DNA from: Salmonella phage SE20
Strand: one strand, 5' to 3'
Length of the DNA stretch: 24,000 bases
Sequence record: MK972709.1
Positions 23,730 to 24,000 of the stretch are shown piece by piece (the stretch's first letter is position 1; each line of letters begins with the position of its first letter). Made by a program: the position numbers and the translations under genes. The notes under the pieces are model-generated. The model was not told the origin of the DNA, did no database searches, and was given only the letters and a program-made list of their open reading frames with translations.

Positions 23730-24000
23730 TTATTTACTTAATTCTCTAGCACGACGTAGCGATCCAGCGGTTCTCCATAGTTTAATGTCGTCAATAACTT
23801 CTTTATAGGGCGCAATAGTAAGACCTAGCGGTCCTGCTACCAACAGTCCAAAGAAACCAATTACACGCATGTAGAGCAAGCATTCTTTGGGAGTCATTGA
23901 CTGGACAGCCTGCCTTTCCTCATCACTGTCGAACTCGTATTCTTGATCGTCTAAACGTAGGTACTTAATAAACCATTCAGCAGAATATTCATCCAGATGA
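23730..24000 (-). CDS. membrane protein, 5' end beyond the window
   Basis: Open minus-strand frame ...MTPKECLLYMRVIGFFGLLVAGPLGLTIAPYKEVIDDIKLWRTAGSLRRARELSK* entering from the right edge. Confidence 0.65.
   Translation of the reverse strand, partial: HLDEYSAEWFIKYLRLDDQEYEFDSDEERQAVQSMTPKECLLYMRVIGFFGLLVAGPLGLTIAPYKEVIDDIKLWRTAGSLRRARELSK

Noticed and set aside
1-24000. T5-type single-strand nick sites (GCGCGGTG-like)
   Set aside because: I saw no exact GCGCGGTG/CACCGCGC in the window by eye; GCGCGGTT near 1136 is inside A1. A computed motif scan would be needed.
1-24000. Transposase, integrase or toxin-antitoxin system
   Set aside because: No ORF showed recognisable recombinase or classical TA motifs.

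Overview
This 24 kb window looks like the left end of a T5-like siphophage genome: part of the pre-early / terminal-repeat-type region followed by leftward early or lysis genes. The identification rests on recognised protein sequences, not on a database search. From left to right: (1) a minus-strand pre-early operon (~1-3.8 kb) with T5 A1-like (523..2187) and A2-like (2574..2990) genes. (2) A ~1 kb non-coding regulatory tract. (3) A plus-strand operon of small unknown genes (4.9-8.25 kb), including tiny membrane ORFs missing from the supplied track. (4) A ~1.6 kb non-coding, repeat-dense tract (8.29-9.88 kb) that resembles the T5 injection-stop / end-of-terminal-repeat region. (5) Leftward operons with many small membrane proteins, two phosphoesterases, a thioredoxin-like protein, endolysin + holin, a ClpP-like protease, a dNMP kinase and a spanin pair. 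The most notable observations are: an inverted pair of LexA-box + DnaA-box modules bracketing the plus-strand operon; a family of near-identical T5 PN25-like promoters; inverted repeats flanking a small pre-early gene; dispersed GTGCRAATCCGAY repeats and a 35-bp minisatellite; a 33-aa membrane ORF whose C-terminus is encoded by the terminator hairpin; and a metallophosphoesterase with an Asp-to-Glu change in motif I.
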